Shown here: positions 40,501-46,489 of the stretch, piece after piece
Layout of the letters: each line of letters starts with the position of its first letter
How positions within the stretch are numbered: the stretch's first letter is position 1
Assembly (NCBI GenBank): GCA_029261035.1
Contig: JAJDCD010000025.1
Location: 66,926 to 130,925 of the forward strand
Length of the DNA: 64,000 bases
DNA from: Candidatus Omnitrophota bacterium
GTDB taxonomy: Bacteria; Omnitrophota; Omnitrophia; Omnitrophales; JACROU01
Reading direction: 5' to 3'
Notes under the pieces: generated by a model
The model's database searches: none
Seen by the model: only the letters and a program-made list of their open reading frames with translations
What the model was told of the DNA's origin: nothing
Made by a program: the position numbers and the translations under genes

Positions 40501-42574
40501 AAATTTCTCTTACCCTCTCTTTATCTTTTTCATAAGATCCTAATGATTGGGCCAAAACAGCTTCTTCGCTCAACGGTTGGGTTTGGTTTTTGTTTACAAC
40601 AAAGGTAGGGCGAATAATCACAGCTTCTTGGATAGGGATTAGAATAGACTGATTTGTCAGTCCCAAGCTTATCTCTACACCTTTTTTATCAGAAGAATCT
40701 TCCAAACCTGTTTGATAATTCACAGTCAAATCTGCTTGTTTAAAAAGAACATTGGATTCCAAATAGCGACTTATATTTTGAACTAAAACTTCTGTATTGT
40801 TTCTTAAATTTGGATTTAAAGATAATTCGCGCTCAATCAGAATATTTAAAAGATCAATCACAGCATCAACAAGCATTTCCACTTGCCTTTTTTCATCTCC
40901 TCCTAAAAGTTGAATTTGTTTCAGATCCCCTACCATCCCAAGCACTTTTTGAATTTGGGAGGTATCAAAAATAGTTTTACTCATTCCCATAACAGACTGG
41001 TGATACTTCTCGTGACCAAACTCCGTTTGGATTTGAGGCTGAACTCCAACATAAGATATGTTTTTATCCTTAATCAATTCTGCTAATCCTTCGGAATGAA
41101 AACCTCCCGTAATTAAGATGGCTTTTTCTTGTTTCATTTGTTTCATTTGTTTTTGAAGTTGCTCAAATAAAGCTTTATTACGTTCTTCGGCTAATCGGTA
41201 GAACTCGATAGCATTCTTATAGACAGGTTTAAATGTTTTTTGATTTTCTAAAAGAGTTCCCAAATCTCTTTCTTCTTGGTTTGAGAGTTGCAGAAGACGA
41301 TCCGTCAACTTACGCACATCTCCATTCAAACCTTTCCAATCAGAGTATGACAATTCAAAAGCAATCAATTTCTTAAATAAATTCAAATCCTCACTCAGCT
41401 TAATTAAAATCTGTTCATTTTCGTTCTTAGATAAAAATTCATATAAATTTCTACTTAATTGGTTCATTTCATTAAAAAACTCAGGACCTGTAATTTCGCT
41501 CTGAAGAATGAAGTGTTCTGAAAACTTTCTTAAATTTTTATACGCTGAAAGATCTATTTGAGCCTGCAAACTTGCTTCATAAATAAACTGAAAGAATTCT
41601 CGGGGAGCTTTTCCTGTCGTTTCGTAAAGTCGTGTCACCAAAGATTGGTTGATCTGATTTCGTTTTGTAATGGACGTTAGCCCTCGAATCAGATGCTGCT
41701 TATCCCGCTCATCAAAAACTCGTTCTCTCATCAGATGAATTAGTTGTGTTACTTCCTTCTGGAGACCCTCATCATCTAACTCTCGTTCTCTATCTTGAAC
41801 ACGAAGCATTCGACACAGAAAGGGATATTCTTTTTGGTTTAAGGGTGAGGTCAATTCTATATTAAGAAACTCTTCTGCTTTTTTTTCTAAATAAGAGATA
41901 AATTGAATGAGTTCGATTTGTTTATTCTGATATTGCAGAACTTTTTTATCAAATTTTAATAACTCGGGATTGTAAATACGCGATTTTAAAATATTCAGTT
42001 CTCGGTCAAAAGAATCAAAAAAGGGTTTTGCTTCTTCTTTGGTTTGAAGGCCTTTACGGAACAAAGTGTAATCCTCTCGGTAAAGGTCTGTTTTTTCAAC
42101 TCCTTCAAAAAAGATACCTTCATAATCTTTTAGCCCTTCAGATATTTCCAAAGCAAAAAGTTCTCCACCTGTAACCTCCCCCTTCTGAGCTAAGGCGTCT
42201 GCTACCTTCATATTAATATCTGCATAAGGAAAAAAGTGATAACTACGAGGATCTAACGAAGAGGACGCTCCTTCTAAACCAATTAACTGATAATCATGTT
42301 CACGGACTAAGTAATCTAAAATACTTTGGATATTTTTCTGTGCTTCATAGTTCGCATGAGCATCTTGAATATGAACAATCACTTTTTCGGAGTCTGCAGG
42401 AATAACTTCTTTGACTGTACCTAGTTGTTGAGGTAAGGAGAGTTGAAGAGCACTTTGAGACACACTTTTTACGTTTAGCGACAATAGCCCCTCTGGAACA
42501 GACCATGCCACTGTAGTTGTCGTAAAGCAAATAAGCACAAAACTAGCTATAAACCTCAAGTATTTAAAACCCAA
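28568..42574 (-). CDS. Giant (4668 aa) secreted modular protein: ChaN/TIKI-like N-terminal domain followed by cargo modules delimited by [A/G]xSLG
   Basis: 14-kb uninterrupted ORF, TTG start with GGGAG RBS, signal peptide; IQDAH/LEG/ERN/TGGFH motifs; 10 [AG]xSLG motifs; TM hairpins, LRRs, SelO-like and CheR-like segments; ends LLTAA. Confidence 0.9.
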   Translation of the reverse strand: MGFKYLRFIASFVLICFTTTTVAWSVPEGLLSLNVKSVSQSALQLSLPQQLGTVKEVIPADSEKVIVHIQDAHANYEAQKNIQSILDYLVREHDYQLIGLEGASSSLDPRSYHFFPYADINMKVADALAQKGEVTGGELFALEISEGLKDYEGIFFEGVEKTDLYREDYTLFRKGLQTKEEAKPFFDSFDRELNILKSRIYNPELLKFDKKVLQYQNKQIELIQFISYLEKKAEEFLNIELTSPLNQKEYPFLCRMLRVQDRERELDDEGLQKEVTQLIHLMRERVFDERDKQHLIRGLTSITKRNQINQSLVTRLYETTGKAPREFFQFIYEASLQAQIDLSAYKNLRKFSEHFILQSEITGPEFFNEMNQLSRNLYEFLSKNENEQILIKLSEDLNLFKKLIAFELSYSDWKGLNGDVRKLTDRLLQLSNQEERDLGTLLENQKTFKPVYKNAIEFYRLAEERNKALFEQLQKQMKQMKQEKAILITGGFHSEGLAELIKDKNISYVGVQPQIQTEFGHEKYHQSVMGMSKTIFDTSQIQKVLGMVGDLKQIQLLGGDEKRQVEMLVDAVIDLLNILIERELSLNPNLRNNTEVLVQNISRYLESNVLFKQADLTVNYQTGLEDSSDKKGVEISLGLTNQSILIPIQEAVIIRPTFVVNKNQTQPLSEEAVLAQSLGSYEKDKERVREILRVNGLEEEWDKRVILNEWKEEIDLNLDGLESVDISLIEGMENLLHVSFYQTPVSREEIRQIYEKHPEPLDLTVVDTEQMWLKWRDFDPGAAGEEVSRRRSIMGNSPLTERQFGFDERLSVAGIEDARNRLTQAKGLFQLGFYEKMIHILLARSPGILPDNDEYRKQSFDLVYPLLFDQTQPVQIRRKAAKFFIQLLPGVESKFDDWDLQDKMVDLISSAVSAETASNLLKQLSKELNEQGAQKYKEYVEWGGGQYGSGPAGPYYKTARDAEHASRMILDPQAYLEEIGNPSIFNVIFRKQNWILVPMPAIFITLGTRVLLEASQISDYVLGGVAILIPIISLIAIFRMMLDKNRGKDLNYLELQNQILFESLGESDQEIVKAVNKKLWTTDSYFFNDEKHRQYIKLQFEKLRTTDAQIYLLNELAAAVIKYSEEKENPLLVEWLNNEIVAFYQFLTEISSVSEPIKDQSKNLREFLIQQFPDIPFPDIQRDISAPPIAEDSKTGKVRDDRQLEGASLGKQFSKDEFPFDYSDRSDPKERVSVDLTDDEANKLAVRHRSLREAQRHGEALDLLLEYRPLPAENIYQREIIEYLHSHHLYYYKDRKKRRSVARYYVELILATEGMKGVISQSREEIDQYAEILTNSEYGLDAKRLLRTYLMQENTDRFNYSIRKEDDKQKYYLTSDFIFETEHLIEDPLTVYRNRDFNEIEGLALVASFAWVIAIIPLVSIYHSFFDVNPHRFYTSHFNINVLISFVSLIVIVGTLKKVFNKIRERRELREELFDQNKLADRDIVSHVRRLIWESEKSLFNDKQSRKYLLSQFEYLDSLDSRLILLNEIASLIFKYADDFDNLNLKNRIIQDVQGFHEFLDEFQTESPRMQAQIESYKDQLSIRFSSLGFSISTTPDISETPEKLSIKLKKKKKKDDRQIEGASLGKEELRSQEPALEFDDAWRLYTEGQVQQAAEVIVALMRREGYIGNRKKAVLILRDAAINTNIPPPHRNVFATALIMLLPSMRSIQKRSVAVSEVANIFSNPNLSSDRNEAVKQVIKDIRALGKSYRKEADEIFAWHGAYGGSAGDAYSAMSSQLYSFVSAVQNPERHANRIVLFQDFFTKFLFQYMPFSLLPIGIHSFIVGPGPDAAIQNATIFSIFSILMTLIPFLWTAAIWAMSREINSGVWSEERRMLMPVATASRDVDGQPIQIKKKKTTYEVLRGYIFEENFFVQKGKEVFDQIEQLRHLDLKLGLLLEMFQAALLRYEGDESELLEYDELLEEYRAAQAEQQLRLKPTERNWFLFDQVSNYQDLLRSEMSDVSFEERSILDDRERDRRAVVGASLGDEDVQDFDFPQSTLTPGSTRGERIVFLGINMFTLGLFSFLFSMPIAIPALLLLVAVGTGAGGIYLARRDVEVNYRNISWVETDDEDEPKSTEAQSLGIGPDMGLNEMMRALHEYPENFGLRGMVLHRLGGLGREDEVMRVLEGGWAQGILFPDSYHEQHKQAIRRIRETKKGQQVIEEYKARVREDIKGRLDDLNNPSVYEQGEFREAVGFEEDTLMLNIKLGFLPFENVSLSKLRGIKNLGFLLFIYYDIGNEELGHLKEHANLRSLDLSELDIGNEELTHLSGLISLKNLDIKDTQVTGEGLVHLRKLTNLESLIMDRTQVMDEGLNYLRNLLNLKTLSLIGSEVGDRALEDIIQLTNLKELRLSGTRVTGTGLKQLEALRNLEVLNLTRTQIKGSDLEIISKLTNLKELYLARIRDVKNRNLEALLNLVKLEVVDLTGTGVNFRGRNEFKNKHPNRDVLEFFTARSLGVEGEFIQRVEPLFGIEGFVQVKKLSDVYWSFEDVDGKQYVLMKRDDVSTEELLFEYELNRFLREQSDGKAYVGNVSRIWTSENLDPYVLVDDTYYVLYESEEPIYPSQSARLFDSLKTFKPILSFDKDSRRISFPALDEEVTLINLELDLSEAEEASDAIFFSSIYPIDPTPLIQRFKDLFKKENLPEEIEHEGPKLFDLERGYDWHVSLKVKGLPSGVGSVYFSVDPSAKELDLVLAFSGLKNVSHRFIIDPEVRSDSGSNVVTLQKGTQHKHYSQNNLALQNEMERVVKDFFSQIMSIEEKEGVVTQEDSLISEAQSLGVEQLKETLVFKESVKESTRRFFRFKRVEFDEEVEKILAKTKVYDSHKELEGIHDTHLSILAALLVKDKKTGLRTLENVLELRGSDKPLSEFDIELIDLSKAKGSNKKVDLIVLRSPDEVFYLTAATDKFMYRVDGAVTDSHTYMEYQESMKDYEKTPYLTRPLQFVQIGFDKEDPIRVYIKDYTPGISFDEWLLVNRERLGDEGFLDNAFYQFGKVIGSFYQKVGGWPNAEVVVDDHKGELQFYLIDYQGKVQFYIDVANQFAGYLRDSMSNNLSHLGLSDERVQQLINVVLLGFDFSFSDPKLSKDVFELFSNSSYFEEIYQSYQASITDGDLPVVASREKVLSKVDASSLGLNNENSDQSRNLAIYLENWRFLERVKESINKSSKLGKYKLSASIDRLPFFNESYEPTLVVYVLVDSKGTKYTKDLEEVRGVLGEVDLKNFPEGPGLIGWMHVVVSRDASNNPVLIVSEVQPQNDYWSLRSRLKQRIKKWHKDTYRHIEDLIGAFNRPNISFAKIHFETMSEYFSKESKLQGRVHTLDMLRELYGSPTKAYQKLEGGLRFFSDFGSKLLQKGLVIWQRNSGEKIDFWPEPEKLSELESVEDSEVRERFESARQEGDLLVGLSRDGDGKIQPVYSKGREFRNVVNADSATFKAQWTDLRSVEEIPLAFTLMDEVSMETSVDWEMVPEDLKEYFLSGAVLVTSSEDIGEDYSVLMSVTPPEIGTRAGGRTGIVLKNGMPLIFSLNGQEFFLELKGVGTPEGGYDYEDSFRGIRGGLTAGEAKREFDALQQYGTFTLEGYEKETLVRVIASIQFEHKTNKQGYLLRLSPGSIRATHEGELIEKKDEKSWVQQAAYGYGKALAYQFVQGRIPLTNPEKLITINQGQRFVLTDFFASRMLYEYPFTSARRKELKVSDALLSSVSAVDSLHHFEKYDGFEFFVEGLVQGLLNHSGWNKEKEQELLNVNDLKGVYQFLWKSFFAEEYFEAKVRMGWLPRVTSLLYVDIPTDFVATLSERAHDAYDRNSNILNNDLEEDRREILERKQEVLFKAGFTSAGIIKAVNSVESRRAFRDLLEKNKFIEILDSPYSDLWELWGESGTTPSFLWNLIMLVDYLKEQINFLQQVSEYTEDRMVRIFAEQSRKIAMARYSELILMTPHDYLLKIQDDPTYSVKMSMLPYHTKETIKDVVDVMDAARSRASSLGQQQTDFKTGEIQVSKSLVKRIGSVDGVLISDMLSSLAFRATFIHQLDMGRIFSESFLKALSGFARASGYDDFREYFMYLNGIKDMDQYKREFGKFSLYWVQPESDVTLPLDYEGTGRYGLFFRTHKQYESFYLKLRELIRKKKESDEQNKKITIDLIGPGVFEEPLSILILMMTAYQKEGVSLEEIPLDFNILDRDTRVLEAFKRGEIIYPFIDLRHKDGGVYGQWNGFKHKFQKYIPNEGFRTVTPLEKDFEDMRNNIRKAFSFLPGVSDSWQFVTVDLDNPEVNAWVQAFKYKTRGDLESGKSDFVFFNQVHTLLDQHDLAVFHANIINRTSGGGFIYSNDPELADVSAASLGVVDRVRETAQLFSGRILPLSFYSSAKSSLYRLVMSSWYPKAFAAESADAESPRVVSFDRVLSETQSRVFNAYDLNSETFSVVMKTSDYFDVESESLLLTNNPKTVSLIFYYGTNKEAKQIENKIKFLKDKNGELINDRILVIPILKGDEVDSFQSYLTGKDFVQILNLAKQYFEEVSVNITQAMVHRRLSVVGSSELLSAIDLMLIQRLETPSSNELSDLGIELADFNRYALPHAFLLGMSEGDMSHPLMKPVRDNIRKDKKRGVFTFVKNSLREKISKLQQAFKAYQALLTAA

Positions 42575-42663
42575 TAGGACACTCCCTTTTTTAATAAGTT
42601 TAATATGTATTTAGCTTCTTTACAAGATTTATACTGCTATATATAGGGATACAACCCTATCCA

Positions 42664-42709
42664 TGTCCCAAAAGTGACAGTCACCTTGGTGACAGTCACT
42701 TTTGGGACA
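42664..42709. repeat. Near-perfect palindrome between uvrB and the giant gene
   Basis: TGTCCCAAAAGTGACAGTCACC-TT-GGTGACAGTCACTTTTGGGACA (22-bp arms, 1 mismatch). Confidence 0.75.
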
Positions 42710-42718
42710 CACATTCAG

Positions 42719-44785
42719 TTATTTACGTTTTGATTTAGGGTGGTAGATTCGGTGGGTTTTGGTCTTTGGCTTAATTGTAGACATTTGCCCGGGCTTTGAT
42801 TGGGGCAGTATTTCTAAGCCGTACTCTTTCTCGAGCTCTCTAATCTGGTCTCTGTATTTAGCTGCTTTATCAAAATCCAAAGCACTAGAGGATCGTTCCA
42901 TTTTTTCTTTTAGATAAGAAAGGTAGGTTTTAATATCATGCTCTTCTTTACTTTCTCCAACTACATCTGAAACCATATCTTCTGCTTTTCGAGTAGACGC
43001 AATACCATCATAAATTGCTTTTACAATTGATTTGGGTTCAATGTGATTATCTTCATTATATTTTTTCTGAATTTCTCTACGTCGATCTGTTTCTGTAATC
43101 GCTTTTCTCATCGAGTCCGTAATACGATCCGCGTACATAATGACACGCCCATTTAGGTTTCGAGCCGCACGACCTGCTGTCTGGATCAAGGCCACTTCAC
43201 TCCGTAAAAAGCCTTCCTTATCGGCATCTAATATAGCAACCAAGGAAACTTCCGGTAAATCCAAACCTTCTCTCAGTAAATTAATCCCTATTAAACAATC
43301 AAATTTTCTTAGACGAAGGTCTTTCAAAATTTGCACACGTTCTATAGCATCAATTTCAGAATGTAAATATCGGACTTGAACACCCATATCTTTTAAATAA
43401 CGAGCTAAGTCTTCGGACATCCTTTTGGTTAAGGTCGTCACCAAAACTCTCTCATGTTTAGCTGCTCGATCTTTAATTTCATGCATCAGGTCATCGATCT
43501 GTCCTTCCGTCTTTCGTATTTCAATTTCCGGATCAATCAAACCTGTAGGACGAATAATTTGTTCTACAACCTGATCTTTTCTTTCCATCTCATACGGGCC
43601 TGGTGTGGCAGAAACATACAGGGTCTGTCCTACTGCCTTCTCAAATTCTTTAAAATTAAGAGGACGGTTGTCTAAGGCTGATGGCAACCTAAACCCATGA
43701 TCTACCAATGTCTTTTTCCTTGCTTGGTCCCCGTTATACATACCCCGAACCTGAGGAACTGTCACGTGAGACTCATCAATGATCAAAAGGAAATCTTTAG
43801 GGAAGTAATCGATTAAAGTATAAGGTTTAGAACCTGCTTCTCTGCGAGAAAGGTGTCTTGAGTAGTTTTCAATACCACTGCAATAACCCACTTCTTGAAG
43901 CATTTCAAGATCGTAAAGTGTTTTCGAGTACAATCGTTTTGCTTCCAGCTCTTTTCCAGCAAGCTTCAAAGTTTTGACTTGTGATCCTAATTCATCTTCG
44001 ATATCCTTCATACCTTCTTTAATTCGCTCCGAAGTCGTCACAAAGTGCTTGGCTGGATATACTGCTATTTTTTCTAGATCTTGAACAGGTTGGTTCGTAT
44101 CTTTATCCAGAAGACAAATACGCTCTATCTCATCCCCAAACATTTCAATGCGAATTGGATTTTCCCCATAAGAAGGAAATAATTCTAAAATATCTCCGCG
44201 AACTCTAATATTCCCTCGTTTAAAATCAACATCGGCTCTAGAGTATTGGATAGCTATAAGTTCTTTCAACAAATCATCTCGATCAATATGCTGTCCCTTT
44301 TCTACCTGAACCAACAATCCTTGCCAATCCTCAGGAGATCCTAAACCATAAATACAAGATACCGAAGAAACAATGATCGCATCATCTCGAGAAAGAAGAG
44401 CGCTCGTTGCCGCTAAACGCAACCGATCCAAATCATCATTGATAGAAGCATCTTTTTCTATATAAGTATCTGTATAAGGGATATACGCTTCTGGCTGGTA
44501 ATAATCATAATAAGAAACAAAATACTCGACTGCATTTTCAGGGAAAAATTCTTTTAACTCGGAATATAACTGTGCCGCTAAAGTTTTGTTATGAGAAATA
44601 ACCAGCGTTGGCTTTTGATATTGAGCAATCAAATTAGCCATCGTAAAGGTCTTACCCGAACCGGTCACACCTAAAAGAACCTGTTCTTTCATCCCCTCTT
44701 GAAACCCTCGAACCAATTTCTCAATCGCTTGAGGTTGGTCTCCTTTAGGTTTATAGGGAGAAACCAGCTTAAATGTGTCTGTCAT
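42719..44785 (-). CDS. uvrB: Excinuclease ABC subunit B
   Basis: [42 protein letters not shown]. Confidence 0.98.
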   Translation of the reverse strand: MTDTFKLVSPYKPKGDQPQAIEKLVRGFQEGMKEQVLLGVTGSGKTFTMANLIAQYQKPTLVISHNKTLAAQLYSELKEFFPENAVEYFVSYYDYYQPEAYIPYTDTYIEKDASINDDLDRLRLAATSALLSRDDAIIVSSVSCIYGLGSPEDWQGLLVQVEKGQHIDRDDLLKELIAIQYSRADVDFKRGNIRVRGDILELFPSYGENPIRIEMFGDEIERICLLDKDTNQPVQDLEKIAVYPAKHFVTTSERIKEGMKDIEDELGSQVKTLKLAGKELEAKRLYSKTLYDLEMLQEVGYCSGIENYSRHLSRREAGSKPYTLIDYFPKDFLLIIDESHVTVPQVRGMYNGDQARKKTLVDHGFRLPSALDNRPLNFKEFEKAVGQTLYVSATPGPYEMERKDQVVEQIIRPTGLIDPEIEIRKTEGQIDDLMHEIKDRAAKHERVLVTTLTKRMSEDLARYLKDMGVQVRYLHSEIDAIERVQILKDLRLRKFDCLIGINLLREGLDLPEVSLVAILDADKEGFLRSEVALIQTAGRAARNLNGRVIMYADRITDSMRKAITETDRRREIQKKYNEDNHIEPKSIVKAIYDGIASTRKAEDMVSDVVGESKEEHDIKTYLSYLKEKMERSSSALDFDKAAKYRDQIRELEKEYGLEILPQSKPGQMSTIKPKTKTHRIYHPKSKRK

Positions 44786-44804
44786 TCATTTCTTCCTTAT
44801 AAGC

Positions 44805-44871
44805 TGTCACCCTCGACTTGATCGGGGGTCCAGAAAAATGAAACTGGATTCCCGCCTCCGCGGGAATAACA
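44805..44871. repeat. REP-like pair (TGTCAC..GGGTCCA / TGGATTCCCGC..GCGGGAATAACA)
   Basis: Two inverted palindromic units, related to 26189-26276 and 63940-63971. Confidence 0.75.
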
Positions 44872-44875
44872 ATGT

Positions 44876-45763
44876 TTATAGAATCTCCAATGAAAAATCA
44901 AAATTGGGAGCCGAGTGAGTGATAGCTCCAACAGAAATACGATCTACTCCTGTTTTTGAAATTTGTTTTATATTTTTGAGTGTAATTCCACCTGAAGCTT
45001 CTAGTAATGGTTCTTTTATCTTTATCTCTTTAGCTAATTGGCGAGAAATCACCACTGCTCTCTTCAGTTCATTTATCTTAAAGTTATCTAATAAAATCAT
45101 ATTCGGTTTATAAGAAAATGCCCAGGGCAGTTCTTTAATAGAATCTACTTCAATCTGTAACGGAATTCTTTTATTCCGTTCCTTCATCATCTTTTGATAG
45201 ATTTCAAATTCTTTATCTCCATCCAATTCACACAAAATAGTCTTATGGTTGTCCTTAATCAAATATTGATCATACAGACCAAAACGATGAGAAAAGCCTC
45301 CACCACATTCAACCGCATATTTTTCAACATCTCTCCATAAGGGGGTTGTCTTTCTTGTGGCCAACAGCTGGCATTGTTTAGAAGCAATTTGCTTTACATA
45401 AGATTGAGTCGTTGTAGCAATACCGGATAACTTCCCTAATAAGTTCAGGGCTAAACGTTCTGCGGTTAAAATAGAACGTGACGGACCTTCTATTTTTAGA
45501 ATGACCTGTCCTTTTTTTACAAGAGACGCATCCTTCTTCAAAACCTTAACTTTTAACTTGGAATCTAAAGATTTAAATATCAGAGGAATTAATACAGAAC
45601 CCGATAGAACTCCATTTTCTTTAGCTATAATCTGAGCTTTACTTTTAGAGGTCTTGGGAATAGACCACTGCGAAGTAACATCTCCAAAACCCACATCTTC
45701 TTTAAGGGCTGCGATGAGACGCTTTTTTAAAGATTGGGATATTTGTAACTTGGGTTGTTTCAT
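44876..45763 (-). CDS. nadC: Nicotinate-nucleotide pyrophosphorylase (carboxylating)
   Basis: EDVGFGDVTS, TRKTTP, HRFGLYD, IKDNH, LLDN, EASGGI. Confidence 0.93.
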   Translation of the reverse strand: MKQPKLQISQSLKKRLIAALKEDVGFGDVTSQWSIPKTSKSKAQIIAKENGVLSGSVLIPLIFKSLDSKLKVKVLKKDASLVKKGQVILKIEGPSRSILTAERLALNLLGKLSGIATTTQSYVKQIASKQCQLLATRKTTPLWRDVEKYAVECGGGFSHRFGLYDQYLIKDNHKTILCELDGDKEFEIYQKMMKERNKRIPLQIEVDSIKELPWAFSYKPNMILLDNFKINELKRAVVISRQLAKEIKIKEPLLEASGGITLKNIKQISKTGVDRISVGAITHSAPNFDFSLEIL

Positions 45764-46485
45764 TTAATATGGGTTATCTTTTTCAGTTTTTCGATTTCTT
45801 CACCTTTCAGAAAACGCCATTCTCCTGCTTTAAGCCTAGATAAACCTAAAGGTCCGATAGAATCTCTTCGTAGTTTTTTCACATCATAGCCTAAAACGCC
45901 TAGCATCCTTCTGATCTGACGGTTCTTTCCCTCCTTCAGTTCAAAATGAAGTCGAGAAGATTTGGAATCCGCATGCAGCAATTTCACACGGCAAGGAAGC
46001 GTTTTTCCCTCTTCTAAATTTATCCCCTTTTCTAAGCGGGTCAAATCTCTTGATTCAAAATAACCTTTTATTTCTACTCGGTATTGTTTAACAACTTTAT
46101 ATCGAGGGTGAACCAACCGATTAGCCATATCCCCATCATTCGTTAAAAGCAAAAGACCTGTAGAGGCTTTATCTAAACGTCCCACAGGATAAAGACGACC
46201 TATTTTTTTAGGAAGACAATCCGTCAAAGTATCTTTCTTTTTCGAAGCTTTCATCGTACATTCAACGCCTTTGGGCTTATGTAAAAGAATATAAGTTGTA
46301 GCTTCCTTTTTGAGACGATTTCCATCTACTTCAATACGATCAGAACTTATATCTACTAAGGTTGGAATATGAGTAATCACTTCCCCATTCACACTGACAC
46401 GACCTTGCGTAATATACTCTTCTGAAGCTCTTCGACTCGCTATACCTGCATGAGCTAAACATTTAGCTAAACGTTCTTTGGCCAT
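45760..46485 (-). CDS. rRNA pseudouridine synthase (RsuA/RluB family, S4 domain)
   Basis: SRR..E S4 domain, KPKG, PVGRLD, EGKNRQIRRM. Confidence 0.92.
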   Translation of the reverse strand: MAKERLAKCLAHAGIASRRASEEYITQGRVSVNGEVITHIPTLVDISSDRIEVDGNRLKKEATTYILLHKPKGVECTMKASKKKDTLTDCLPKKIGRLYPVGRLDKASTGLLLLTNDGDMANRLVHPRYKVVKQYRVEIKGYFESRDLTRLEKGINLEEGKTLPCRVKLLHADSKSSRLHFELKEGKNRQIRRMLGVLGYDVKKLRRDSIGPLGLSRLKAGEWRFLKGEEIEKLKKITHIK

Positions 46486-46489
46486 AATT

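Noticed and set aside
29453-40552. SLG motifs as DNA recombination sites (shufflon- or integron-like)
   Set aside because: The underlying codons differ at most synonymous positions (TCA/AGT/AGC/TCT; TTA/TTG/CTT/CTG) and there is no palindromic attC-like structure.
37805-40675. Additional SLG tripeptides (EISLG, FESLG, FSSLG)
   Set aside because: They lack the small A/G residue at the first position and do not sit at clear module boundaries, so they were not counted.
28568-42574. Giant ORF as an RTX/MARTX, Rhs, autotransporter, NRPS/PKS or intein-containing protein
   Set aside because: No GGxGxD, YD, beta-barrel terminus, A/C/KS domains or Hint (C...HN) motifs were recognised.
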